Shown here one piece after another: positions 19,014-27,378 of a stretch of DNA of 32,396 nucleotides (within the stretch, counting starts at the first letter, position 1; every line of letters starts with the position of its first letter). The stretch spans positions 16,207-48,602 of the forward strand of contig CAZAXL010000003.1 of assembly GCA_964489145.1 (NCBI GenBank), given 5' to 3'. The position numbers and the translations under genes were made by a program. Below the pieces are notes generated by a model, which searched no databases, was not told where the DNA came from, and saw only the letters and a program-made list of their open reading frames with translations. The stretch is from an uncultured Gammaproteobacteria bacterium (lineage in GTDB: Bacteria; Patescibacteriota; Microgenomatia; UBA8517).

Positions 19014-19907
19014 TCAAAAACGCATAAATATTGCTTCATCTGAAACTTTGCTTAATTTTATTTCCTTCCTTCTTTCCCTCATAACAATCCCCAGTTTTCC
19101 AAGAGCCATAAAAACAACCCTTATATATCCGGGGTGTCTGAGAAGTCTTCTCAAAACTCCAAGTGCATGATTACGAATAAATTTCGGGCTGTGAATATTT
19201 TTCCAAATAAGGAGAAGTTGGTTTTTTTCTCTTATTCTTTGTACGTATGATTTTGGAAATTTACTAATTGTAGACTCATGATTATGCTCCACTTTCGCCT
19301 CCGGCTCCCACAAATTTATATAGCCTCTTTTCCCAGCCCTGTAGCAAAGATCAATATCTTCCCAATAAAAAGGCGAAAACAATTTTTCATCCATTCCGGA
19401 AAGCTTCATCCAATAAGCCCGTCTGAAAACTCCACTTCCACCGCTTACATAAAAACTTGAGTGTGCCGCTTCCGACTCCTCACCCATTCCTAATTGAATG
19501 TAGCCCGCTGAAAAACTACCTTTAGCCCAGCCAAAACCTTTCTCATGCAAAGAAACCGCAAAGACTTTTTCGTTATCAAAATGTTTAAAAACAGGAACCA
19601 GAAAGTTTTCTGACGGAACAACGTCGGTGTTCATTAGAAGCACCAGATCACCTTTTGTCATTCTAACCCCGGTGTTTACTGCAGCAGAAAAACCACGGTT
19701 AATCTTGTGTTTGATGAGTCTTATTTCGGGAAAAATCTTAGTAATAAGCTTGACGCTGCCGTCCCGAGAGTCATCGTCAACTATTATAATTTCCACTATG
19801 CAGTTGCCGGGATTCTCTTTTGCCTTCAAAAGAAACGGCAAATTTTTTTCTAAAAGCTTTTCACCGTTGAAATTTGGAATTACAACCGAAACTTCGTATT
19901 TTTTCAT
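19014..19907 (-). CDS. GT2 glycosyltransferase (WbbL-like subfamily)
   Basis: VVIPNFNG, DDDSRDGS, NRGFSAAVN, MNTD, PFYWEDIDL. Confidence 0.88.
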   Translation of the reverse strand: MKKYEVSVVIPNFNGEKLLEKNLPFLLKAKENPGNCIVEIIIVDDDSRDGSVKLITKIFPEIRLIKHKINRGFSAAVNTGVRMTKGDLVLLMNTDVVPSENFLVPVFKHFDNEKVFAVSLHEKGFGWAKGSFSAGYIQLGMGEESEAAHSSFYVSGGSGVFRRAYWMKLSGMDEKLFSPFYWEDIDLCYRAGKRGYINLWEPEAKVEHNHESTISKFPKSYVQRIREKNQLLLIWKNIHSPKFIRNHALGVLRRLLRHPGYIRVVFMALGKLGIVMRERRKEIKLSKVSDEAIFMRF

Positions 19908-20557
19908 TTTTTAACTTTGACAAGATGTAGCATACCTAAAAGGAATTTTTTGTCTACCACTATTTTAAACCCAACTTTCTTTGAAATCTTGACCAAAAAA
20001 TTGCCTCTATATGTTTGAATGTGAGTTTCACGCCAGATCTTGCCTCTAGGATAAAAATGCAGCCATAAAAACCAGATAATTCTAAAGAGAAGATTGTCCG
20101 ACGGTACCAAGAAAATGGCATAGCCATCTTTTTTAAGAACACGCTTAACATTCAACAAAACTCTTTCAGGATCAAAAATATGCTCTAAAACTTCCAATGC
20201 AAAAACCGCATCAAAAGTTTGTGCAGGAAATGGAAGTTTTTCGGCATCGGCAACCATAAACTTCATTTTTCCGGTTTTTTTCCAGTGTTTATTTGCCCAT
20301 TCAACAGTTTTTTTAACTACATCTATGCCAATTAGTTTTGATGCTCCTGACTTGTCAATAATTACTTTCGAAAAAGTGCCATCGTTGCATCCAATATCCA
20401 AGATCTTACCCTTTACCGGACCAATAATTGAGGAAACTTCTTTAAACCTTCGCCTGTGCCAAAATCTTTGGAACAGGTCAACCCTGATCGACTCAAAATA
20501 CCAGTTTTTCGGAACATTTTTATGAAGATCTTCCGCTGTCAAATTACCGAAATTCAT
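19904..20557 (-). CDS. Class I SAM-dependent methyltransferase
   Basis: ILDIGCNDG motif I, GID, DAEKLPF, FDAV..LEVLEH, RVLK. Confidence 0.9.
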   Translation of the reverse strand: MNFGNLTAEDLHKNVPKNWYFESIRVDLFQRFWHRRRFKEVSSIIGPVKGKILDIGCNDGTFSKVIIDKSGASKLIGIDVVKKTVEWANKHWKKTGKMKFMVADAEKLPFPAQTFDAVFALEVLEHIFDPERVLLNVKRVLKKDGYAIFLVPSDNLLFRIIWFLWLHFYPRGKIWRETHIQTYRGNFLVKISKKVGFKIVVDKKFLLGMLHLVKVKK

Positions 20558-21588
20558 TTTCGAAGTATATAAGAGATTACGTTATTTTCAAAATTGGTAA
20601 GAGAATATTCCCCCGATTTTTTTATTGCATTTATTTCGAACATATGAAATTGTTTATTATTACTGATTAGCTTAACAGTTTTTCTCACCAACTCCTCCGA
20701 GGATTTCCATAAATACCCGCTTACGGATTCCTCAACAATCTCTTTATGCCCTCCCCCATTAAAAACTATTGGAATTCCCCCGGCGGACATTGCCTCTACC
20801 ACCGTAATGCCAAAATGTTCTACTTTTTCAGGACTGACATTCTCATTCTGATTAACTCCGGATGCACTCCAATAGATTCTTGCTTTCCCGTATAGGCCTT
20901 TCAGCACGTTAAAGTCCGGACTTTCTATAATTTCTATTGGATACCCCGCGGTAAGTTTTTTTAGTTGGGTAAGCCCCTCCCCCACCCCAACTTCGGTTCC
21001 ACCGGCTAAAACAAATTTCCAATCTTTAAAACCCCTGTTGTATAATTTTTTAAACGCCGAAATCAAAACATCCTGTCCCTTATTCTGCAAGATTTGAGAG
21101 AACCTTCCGACATACAAAATTAAATTTTCTTTTCTTTTCGGCTTAAAGCTCTCCGTATCTACCGGCGGATAAACTACTAAGCTATTTACTCCGAATTCTT
21201 TATCGATAACATTTTTCGTGAAGTTCGAGTTGCAAACAACTTTATTTATTCTAAAAAGCTTCATCCTATTGATCAGACTTTTTCCGTTTACGTCGTGGAA
21301 CGGCACTTGAAAATGGAGAATATTGCGCCTGCTGTGCATCAAAGGGATGCTTCCGTCAGAAACCCAAAAACAAAGATCGTATCCGTCGCCTTTTTTGACA
21401 TCGGAAATTATATTGATATTACCAAGGTTCATTCCAAATCTTTCTTCAAGGGTTTTTTTGATTTCCGGGTCTTTCCATTCCAAGTCAACATAATACCCAT
21501 TTTTTGCCAACACATTGGCAAAACCTAGTGTATAGCGCTCTCCCCCTCCCATTGTGTCCAGATACGGATTGAATATAGCTGCTTTCAT
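20554..21588 (-). CDS. GT4 glycosyltransferase, ALG11-like
   Basis: NPYLDTMGGGERY, NSNFT, YPPVD, VGRF, EHFGITVVEAMSAG. Start moved to ATG 21588 (ATGA overlap). Confidence 0.88.
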   Translation of the reverse strand: MKAAIFNPYLDTMGGGERYTLGFANVLAKNGYYVDLEWKDPEIKKTLEERFGMNLGNINIISDVKKGDGYDLCFWVSDGSIPLMHSRRNILHFQVPFHDVNGKSLINRMKLFRINKVVCNSNFTKNVIDKEFGVNSLVVYPPVDTESFKPKRKENLILYVGRFSQILQNKGQDVLISAFKKLYNRGFKDWKFVLAGGTEVGVGEGLTQLKKLTAGYPIEIIESPDFNVLKGLYGKARIYWSASGVNQNENVSPEKVEHFGITVVEAMSAGGIPIVFNGGGHKEIVEESVSGYLWKSSEELVRKTVKLISNNKQFHMFEINAIKKSGEYSLTNFENNVISYILRK

Positions 21589-22304
21589 GAAACTCCTTTC
21601 TTTTTGTTTAATTGTTTCTCCCAAAGCTTGGAATAAGTAATTAATCTACTGTACATCTGATAAATTATTTCAATTATCCCAACAGTCCCGTCTAGAAAAC
21701 CTAACTTTACGATTCCTCTATACCAAAATTCTCTAAAGCCCGCTGAGCAAAATCTAATAAAATTCATCCTCGGGTGTCCCGATTTGTACAAAAGCTCCGC
21801 CTCAATTTCAGACCACTTATTTGTTTTTTCTACCATGTCATGCAAATTCCGATGACTGTCGTGAAGAAGCGGATGTTTAAGGTGATTTGTCTCGCCATCT
21901 ATTAAAGGTTGCTCGTGCAGTTCCCCGAACCATCCTTTTAGTTTATCTTTTCTAATGAGCCTTAACACAAAGTCCGGGTACCAGCCACCCCAGCGCATGA
22001 CCTGACCTAACAATTTATTTCTGCGGGGAATCGCATATGCGACAAAGTTTCCATCATCCATCTCTTTCCCTATCTCTGATCTCAGCTCCGGTGTTACCTC
22101 TTCATCGGTATCAACATAAAAAAGCCAATCGCTTTTAGACCTATTTGCTCCCTCATTTCTCCACTCGGAAAAACTTCCTTTTATATTCTCTGTTTCAACT
22201 TTAACTATTTCATCACACCAGGCCACAGAATCCAAACACTTTTTAAGTAGGTTCTTATCATAATTTCCACCAATTAAAATAATTGCTGAAATTGTTTTTT
22301 TCAT
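21585..22304 (-). CDS. GT2 glycosyltransferase (beta-1,4-glucosyltransferase WaaE/LgtF-like), shortened N-domain
   Basis: RN, WLFYVDTDE, IPRRN, GGWYPD..LRL, LHE, GFLDG. Start at ATG 22304 (ATGA overlap). Confidence 0.85.
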   Translation of the reverse strand: MKKTISAIILIGGNYDKNLLKKCLDSVAWCDEIVKVETENIKGSFSEWRNEGANRSKSDWLFYVDTDEEVTPELRSEIGKEMDDGNFVAYAIPRRNKLLGQVMRWGGWYPDFVLRLIRKDKLKGWFGELHEQPLIDGETNHLKHPLLHDSHRNLHDMVEKTNKWSEIEAELLYKSGHPRMNFIRFCSAGFREFWYRGIVKLGFLDGTVGIIEIIYQMYSRLITYSKLWEKQLNKKKGVS

Positions 22305-23236
22305 CGCTTTTTCCACGCCCCCATTCCTTTTACACCCAAAAGGGCGTCAATTGCCCCCCATCTTTGCCACTTTCTCCCGGTAAAAACAAGTTTTATCGTA
22401 TCTCTGAAAACCGCAAACTTTGTTCTTGACGCTAAGTATCTCATTGCAAAATAAAATCTGTTTCGCGTCAAAAAATAATCGTTGGTTGTGCTTCCCGAAC
22501 CCCCGGTTGATGCCGAAACTTTGTGCCAGAGATGCGTACCAGGGTAATACATTACTTTATAGCCCGCATTTTTAATCCTCTGACTAAAATCCGCGTCTTC
22601 CCAATAAAGAAAAAATGATGAATCCAGGAATCCCACTTTTTCAAAAATCCCGCTGCGGATTATCGCACACGCACCGTTTGCAAAATCCGTCTCTGCCGCA
22701 TTGTCATATTGTCCGCAGTCAACCTCATCAACCCCCCTGTGGCTTGAATAGGCATTCTTCCTATCAATTATTCCCCCTGCATACCAAAACACTTTTCCTA
22801 AATCCCCCTCTTTATATCTGTTTTTGTGAAACTCATATCCCTTGGCAAAATACATTTTAGGTGAGGCGATTCCGACTTCCGGATTCCCCTCCATGAAACC
22901 CACCAATTTCACGACAACATCTCTAGGCAAAATCAGATCATTGTTCATTAATATCACATAGTCGGATCCACGCTTAAGCGAATCTTTTATGCCAACATTA
23001 TTTCCGCCGGCAAACCCCAAATTCGCCCCGGTTTCAATAAATTTATAATCCATATTTGGAAGTTTATAATTTTTAAGATTTTCTTCCGTTCCGTCACTGC
23101 TGCCATTGTCGACAATCAAACATTCGGCTTGGATATCCTTAGTATCAAGTTTGGCAACATCAATGAGTTGCTCTTTTGTCATTTCAAGAGAGTTGGCGGT
23201 TAAAATAACAATCGAAACTTTTGGGGATTTAGACAT
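22301..23236 (-). CDS. GT2 glycosyltransferase (WbbL-like subfamily)
   Basis: VDNGSSDGT, NLGFAGGNN, MNND, GAC, FFLYWEDAD, WHKVS, RNR. Confidence 0.88.
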   Translation of the reverse strand: MSKSPKVSIVILTANSLEMTKEQLIDVAKLDTKDIQAECLIVDNGSSDGTEENLKNYKLPNMDYKFIETGANLGFAGGNNVGIKDSLKRGSDYVILMNNDLILPRDVVVKLVGFMEGNPEVGIASPKMYFAKGYEFHKNRYKEGDLGKVFWYAGGIIDRKNAYSSHRGVDEVDCGQYDNAAETDFANGACAIIRSGIFEKVGFLDSSFFLYWEDADFSQRIKNAGYKVMYYPGTHLWHKVSASTGGSGSTTNDYFLTRNRFYFAMRYLASRTKFAVFRDTIKLVFTGRKWQRWGAIDALLGVKGMGAWKKR

Positions 23237-23238
23237 TT

Positions 23239-24135
23239 TTAAATCTTTAGTTTTTTGCGGATTCTGTATTTGATGTTTCCTGTTTTTTTATAAAGTGAAT
23301 CATTTTGCCAAAAATGCAGTTCTTTTTCTCCTTTTTTCATTTCAGAAACAACTTCCAGAATACTCGTTTTTTCTTCCTTGAAACCGCTTTTTTGCCAGAC
23401 TTTTATATAAACCGTGAGTTCCGAAAAGGCCTGGAGAAGGGACAGGACTAAACCGTGAACGCCGTCTTTGTATCCCTCTCCTGCGAAGTAACGATTGGAG
23501 AATTCCTTTAACGGTTTTCTAATTAAATCCGTCCAGGAAAAAATGTAGCCGTCTTTTACCAAAAGATTCGATTGAACCGATGTGTAGCGATTGAGTCTTT
23601 CTAAATACTGTTCCGTAAAGTCATAATTGTGGTGCAATATCGCATATTTCTCTTCGGCCGCTATGTCAGCGCCGTTGCCCACTGTTATGGGAACTGTGTG
23701 GATCAGCTCGTTCCAGGTTACTTTACCTTTTTTAAACAATCTAATCTGGTAGTCGGGCCACCAAAGAGTGTGTTCTATCCAGCTCCCAAAAATAATATTT
23801 TTTCGGGGTATCCTGAAGTAATCGGCTTTCGGATTTTTTACTATATCCTTTATCTTTTTTACCAGAGTTTGGGGAATTTCTTCATCCGCATCCAAAATCA
23901 AAACCCAATCCCCAGTTGCTTTTGAAATCGCAAAATTCCTGGCAGGTTCCACATAACCTGTTTTTTTATGAGTGAACATCTTGGCGCCAAGTTTTTCGGA
24001 AATTTCACAGGTTTTGTCGCTTGATTCCATATCAACAACGACAACCTCGTCCGCAAAATCCTTAACCGATAAAATTGCCCTAGAAATATTCTTTTCTTCG
24101 TTAAGAGTGTTAATTACAACCGAAATCTTGTTCAC
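23239..24135 (-). CDS. GT2 glycosyltransferase (WaaE/LgtF-like)
   Basis: NTLNEE, DMESSDKT, ARNF, LDADE, WWPDYQIRLF, GYKDG. GTG start. Confidence 0.88.
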   Translation of the reverse strand: MNKISVVINTLNEEKNISRAILSVKDFADEVVVVDMESSDKTCEISEKLGAKMFTHKKTGYVEPARNFAISKATGDWVLILDADEEIPQTLVKKIKDIVKNPKADYFRIPRKNIIFGSWIEHTLWWPDYQIRLFKKGKVTWNELIHTVPITVGNGADIAAEEKYAILHHNYDFTEQYLERLNRYTSVQSNLLVKDGYIFSWTDLIRKPLKEFSNRYFAGEGYKDGVHGLVLSLLQAFSELTVYIKVWQKSGFKEEKTSILEVVSEMKKGEKELHFWQNDSLYKKTGNIKYRIRKKLKI

Positions 24136-24142
24136 AATCTCA

Positions 24143-24151
24143 ATTGTAGCA
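24143..24151 (-). promoter_or_regulatory. Extended -10 promoter (TGcTACAAT), leaderless
   Basis: Minus-strand TG-C-TACAAT ends 7 nt before the GTG at 24135. Confidence 0.65.
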
Positions 24152-24171
24152 CTAATTTTGAAGCTATTCGA

Positions 24172-24918
24172 TTATATTTTATATTTTCCCTGAAGTGCGT
24201 TAATACGAACCGATAGAAGTCCTTTTAAGCCTTCTATCGAATCTTTAATAGGATCGACTTTAGTTCCCTCTTTATGGTGCCAATCAACCGGAACTTCAGC
24301 AATTTTATATCCCAGCTTCCGTGCAACGTACAATATCTCCAAATCAAAGCCGGCTGTAACCGAAGCTCCGGAACTTTCACCATCTGCCTTGAAAAGCCTT
24401 AATCGTTTAAAAATTTCCCGAGAGGCTGAGTCTGTAAAAGCTTTGAACCCGCACTGTGTATCTTTGAAGGGCAACCTTAAGACCAAGAGTCTGAGAAGAG
24501 AAAATCCGTACGCCATAATCTTTCGAACCAGGGGCGCCCCCTCCCTTCCGTGGCGAGATCCGATTACAACATCATACCCTTTGTTAAATTTTGGCAATAT
24601 TTTTTCAAGCTGGTCAATTGGGGTTGCCTGGTCGGTGTCGGTGAAAAGAATTATTTCCCCTTTTGCCTTAAGCATTCCCGCTATAACCGTTCCACCCTTC
24701 CCCCTATGCGGTTCTTTCAAAACAAAGAAATTATTGTGCTTTTTGGCGAACTCTCCCGCAATCTTCGCTGTCGCATCAGAGGAACCATCATCAACAAAAA
24801 GAATCTCCCAGGAATACTTTTGTTTATCAAGATAGCCATAAACACTTTCGAGAACTCCAGTTCTTAGATTATATTCTTCGTTATAAGCCGGTATTACTAC
24901 ACTTAAATAAGGTTTCAT
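24172..24918 (-). CDS. GT2 polyprenyl-phosphate glucosyltransferase-like (Alg5/DPG synthase-like)
   Basis: IPAYNEE, VDDGSSD, GKGG, FTDTD.ATP, IGSR, DTQCGFK, FDLEIL, EVPVDW. Confidence 0.85.
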   Translation of the reverse strand: MKPYLSVVIPAYNEEYNLRTGVLESVYGYLDKQKYSWEILFVDDGSSDATAKIAGEFAKKHNNFFVLKEPHRGKGGTVIAGMLKAKGEIILFTDTDQATPIDQLEKILPKFNKGYDVVIGSRHGREGAPLVRKIMAYGFSLLRLLVLRLPFKDTQCGFKAFTDSASREIFKRLRLFKADGESSGASVTAGFDLEILYVARKLGYKIAEVPVDWHHKEGTKVDPIKDSIEGLKGLLSVRINALQGKYKI

Positions 24919-26411
24919 TTTTTTATCCTTTGTCTCTCCTGAACAACTATGCCGCCGAATTTTTCCTCTTTTATTATATTCCCAATACCCTTTTGTCTAT
25001 CAAGCCAGGCCTGTAAACGTTCAGGGTGCGGAGGATCAACTTCATATAAAGTATATAGCAGTGGAATCTGGTTGTCCTGAGGCATCTTTTCATATTTTGT
25101 AGTACCAAGCCAGGTAAATAAATAATTATATGCGTATGGAATTACAGGTGGAACATAAACATCAACATTAAAATCTCTATTGCCGGCATCCTTATATATC
25201 CAATCAATGGCTTGCTTTTGGTTTAGTAGACAAATACTCTCGGACACATTACATTCGTCATTCATTCTTCCCCTAATATGTGGAACATTATTCATAAAAA
25301 ATAAGATAAAAAAGACTGCAATAAAAATCTTACCAATTCTATATTTCCAGATTTGTCCCAAGACAATTGCAAAAAGCAAAATAAAAATCAAATAATATCC
25401 GGTCATATAATAATCATATAAAATTCCATAATTTCCACGATAAAAGTAAAGACCAAGGACAGCAGATCCTAAAAGGAGCAGGATTATCTTAGTCTTGCTA
25501 TTCTTGAATAGCTTCGGCAAAAACGCCAAAAACGATATTCCGGTAATCACCAACGCTATGGAGTTAAGATTACTGCTGGATTGAAAGATTTTATTTGTAA
25601 AAATGCCAAAATACGCCGCAGTTCTGGATTTAATGAAATCCAACGTCGGAACTCCAAAACTTCCGCTTCCAACACCGAAAGTTCCAAACAAATTATTTAA
25701 AAGAATGTTTTGATGCCTTAAATCAAACAAAACCAGTGGTGCAAAAGTTAAGATAAACAAAAAAATAGATAAAACAAGGTTTTTTAGATTGGGTCTGTTT
25801 TTCCACTGCCAAACTAAGAAAATTGCCAGAGCCGGCAAATAAAAGAATTCCCCGGAAGATCCAAAGCTAAAAAGGGACAGTCCTGCAACGGTGGCAATAA
25901 TCGGCCATGTCCATCTTTTTCCTTCTGTTACTTTAATCATGCCCCAAACCAGAATTAAAGAAAGTAAAAGCATTGGAGTTGGATTTGAAAGCCATCTGGA
26001 CGCAAGGAAAATGTTAAATGAAAACGCAGCAATGACCGCAGCAATTACACCTGTCGTTCTATCCTGAATTTTTTTTCCTAAATAGTAGATTAAAGCTATT
26101 GCCAGAACGGTTGTGAACGTCAAAAAAACATACGGCCAGATAGGGTTTCCATTTCCCAACCAATAAAAGGGGGCAATCAAATAGTAATAGTAGGGTCCGC
26201 GGAAAACTCCGGGAAGGCCGGTGGTGGGGCCTATCAAAAACAATTTTCCCTTATAAATTAAATCCCAAATAACCGAAGCGTCCCTGCCTTGGTCATAATA
26301 AAAACCTAAAGTTTGATCAATCCTAAAAACCCTGATTACAAAAGCAGCTATCAAACCGACTGAGACCAAAATATTTTCTGTAGAAAAAAATTTTTTAATT
26401 CTTTTGAGCAT
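24915..26411 (-). CDS. GT-C fold glycosyltransferase, ArnT/PMT_2-like ('LIGP' subtype)
   Basis: FYYDQGRD, LIGPTTG, GPYYYYL, WLSNP. Start moved to ATG 26411 (MLKRIKK), because the longer ORF overlaps the DHH gene by 140 bp. Confidence 0.82.
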   Translation of the reverse strand: MLKRIKKFFSTENILVSVGLIAAFVIRVFRIDQTLGFYYDQGRDASVIWDLIYKGKLFLIGPTTGLPGVFRGPYYYYLIAPFYWLGNGNPIWPYVFLTFTTVLAIALIYYLGKKIQDRTTGVIAAVIAAFSFNIFLASRWLSNPTPMLLLSLILVWGMIKVTEGKRWTWPIIATVAGLSLFSFGSSGEFFYLPALAIFLVWQWKNRPNLKNLVLSIFLFILTFAPLVLFDLRHQNILLNNLFGTFGVGSGSFGVPTLDFIKSRTAAYFGIFTNKIFQSSSNLNSIALVITGISFLAFLPKLFKNSKTKIILLLLGSAVLGLYFYRGNYGILYDYYMTGYYLIFILLFAIVLGQIWKYRIGKIFIAVFFILFFMNNVPHIRGRMNDECNVSESICLLNQKQAIDWIYKDAGNRDFNVDVYVPPVIPYAYNYLFTWLGTTKYEKMPQDNQIPLLYTLYEVDPPHPERLQAWLDRQKGIGNIIKEEKFGGIVVQERQRIKK

Positions 26412-27378
26412 ACTTTCGGGCAACTGTGAGCACTTTATTGACAGCTTCCTGAAATGGTAACCCTTCAATCCTTGCTCCCGCAGCGGCTTTATGACCGCCT
26501 CCACCAACCTCATTTGCAACTTTTGAGACATCAAATCCTGTCCTGGATCTGAAACTCACAGAAAGAACATTTTCGGATGTTTCGATCATAATGATTCCAA
26601 ACTCGGTTCCTTTAACAATTGGGGCAAATAAATTAGCCACATCTTCTTTGACGTAGGTATATTCGCCAAAATCTTTGTAGACCGAAAGCGGAATTGCAGA
26701 CCAGACAAACCTGTCTTCAATCATCATGCTTTCAATAAATTTGCCCCACATTTTTACTTCCCTAAATTCTATGTTTCTGTAGAGGTTATAAACAATTTTG
26801 TCTTTGTCGGCACCCTTTTCGATCAGGTCCGCAGCAATTCTAAGGGTTTCTTCTCCGACATTTTGATACTGAAAAGTTCCGGTATCTCCAATTATTCCGG
26901 TTAAAAGGCTCTCGGCGACAAATTTATCAAAATCAATTTTCCAATCCTCAAAAACTTTATAAAGAAGTTCCCCTGTCGACGTTGTCTCAGCGTCAATCAA
27001 ATTTATGTTCCCGAATTTTTCATTTGAAATATGATGATCAACAACCACCGAGTTAATGCCGGGTTTATCAGAATCTTTTAAACCCGTGACCATTGAGTAA
27101 GTTGAAGAATCAAGAATTATAAAAAGGTCATACTCGGAAAAATCGAACGAAGTAAAGTTAACCCTCACTACCTCATTCGCGCCCTTTAAAAACATCAAGT
27201 CAGAAGGCAGGTCGCTTGGACAAATAACCATGACTTCCTTTCCCAAATCTTTTACAACCTGGGACATTGCCAGGGCGGAACCTACCGAGTCGGAATCCGG
27301 CCCCCTATGGCAATTAATCAGAACCTTGCCGGCTTTTTTTATTTCTTTCAGTATTAACGATGATTCTTTGTAATTCAT
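26395..27378 (-). CDS. nrnA: DHH/DHHA1 phosphoesterase, bifunctional oligoribonuclease/pAp phosphatase NrnA-like
   Basis: H..PDSDSVGS, ILDS, DHH, GDTG, SFRS, GGGHKAAAG; 327 aa. Confidence 0.88.
   Translation of the reverse strand: MNYKESSLILKEIKKAGKVLINCHRGPDSDSVGSALAMSQVVKDLGKEVMVICPSDLPSDLMFLKGANEVVRVNFTSFDFSEYDLFIILDSSTYSMVTGLKDSDKPGINSVVVDHHISNEKFGNINLIDAETTSTGELLYKVFEDWKIDFDKFVAESLLTGIIGDTGTFQYQNVGEETLRIAADLIEKGADKDKIVYNLYRNIEFREVKMWGKFIESMMIEDRFVWSAIPLSVYKDFGEYTYVKEDVANLFAPIVKGTEFGIIMIETSENVLSVSFRSRTGFDVSKVANEVGGGGHKAAAGARIEGLPFQEAVNKVLTVARKYAQKN

Noticed and set aside
13765-24135. Classical Wzx/Wzy O-antigen or capsule locus
   Set aside because: No recognisable Wzy, Wzz/Wzc, WaaL, initiating transferase or nucleotide-sugar genes in the window, although they could lie outside it.
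24389-24867. Plus-strand ORFs of 148 and 105 aa, and the other short antisense or off-frame ORFs in the track (e.g. 13081..13485, 14252..14632, 15980..16432, 30875..31183)
   Set aside because: They lie within well-supported genes and have no recognisable motifs; they are shadow ORFs.
26412-26534. Long N-terminal extension of the 24915.. ORF (similarly 8821, 18220, 21624, 22316, 28931 starts)
   Set aside because: These overlap upstream genes. Downstream ATGs give stop/start coupling and paralog-like N-termini.
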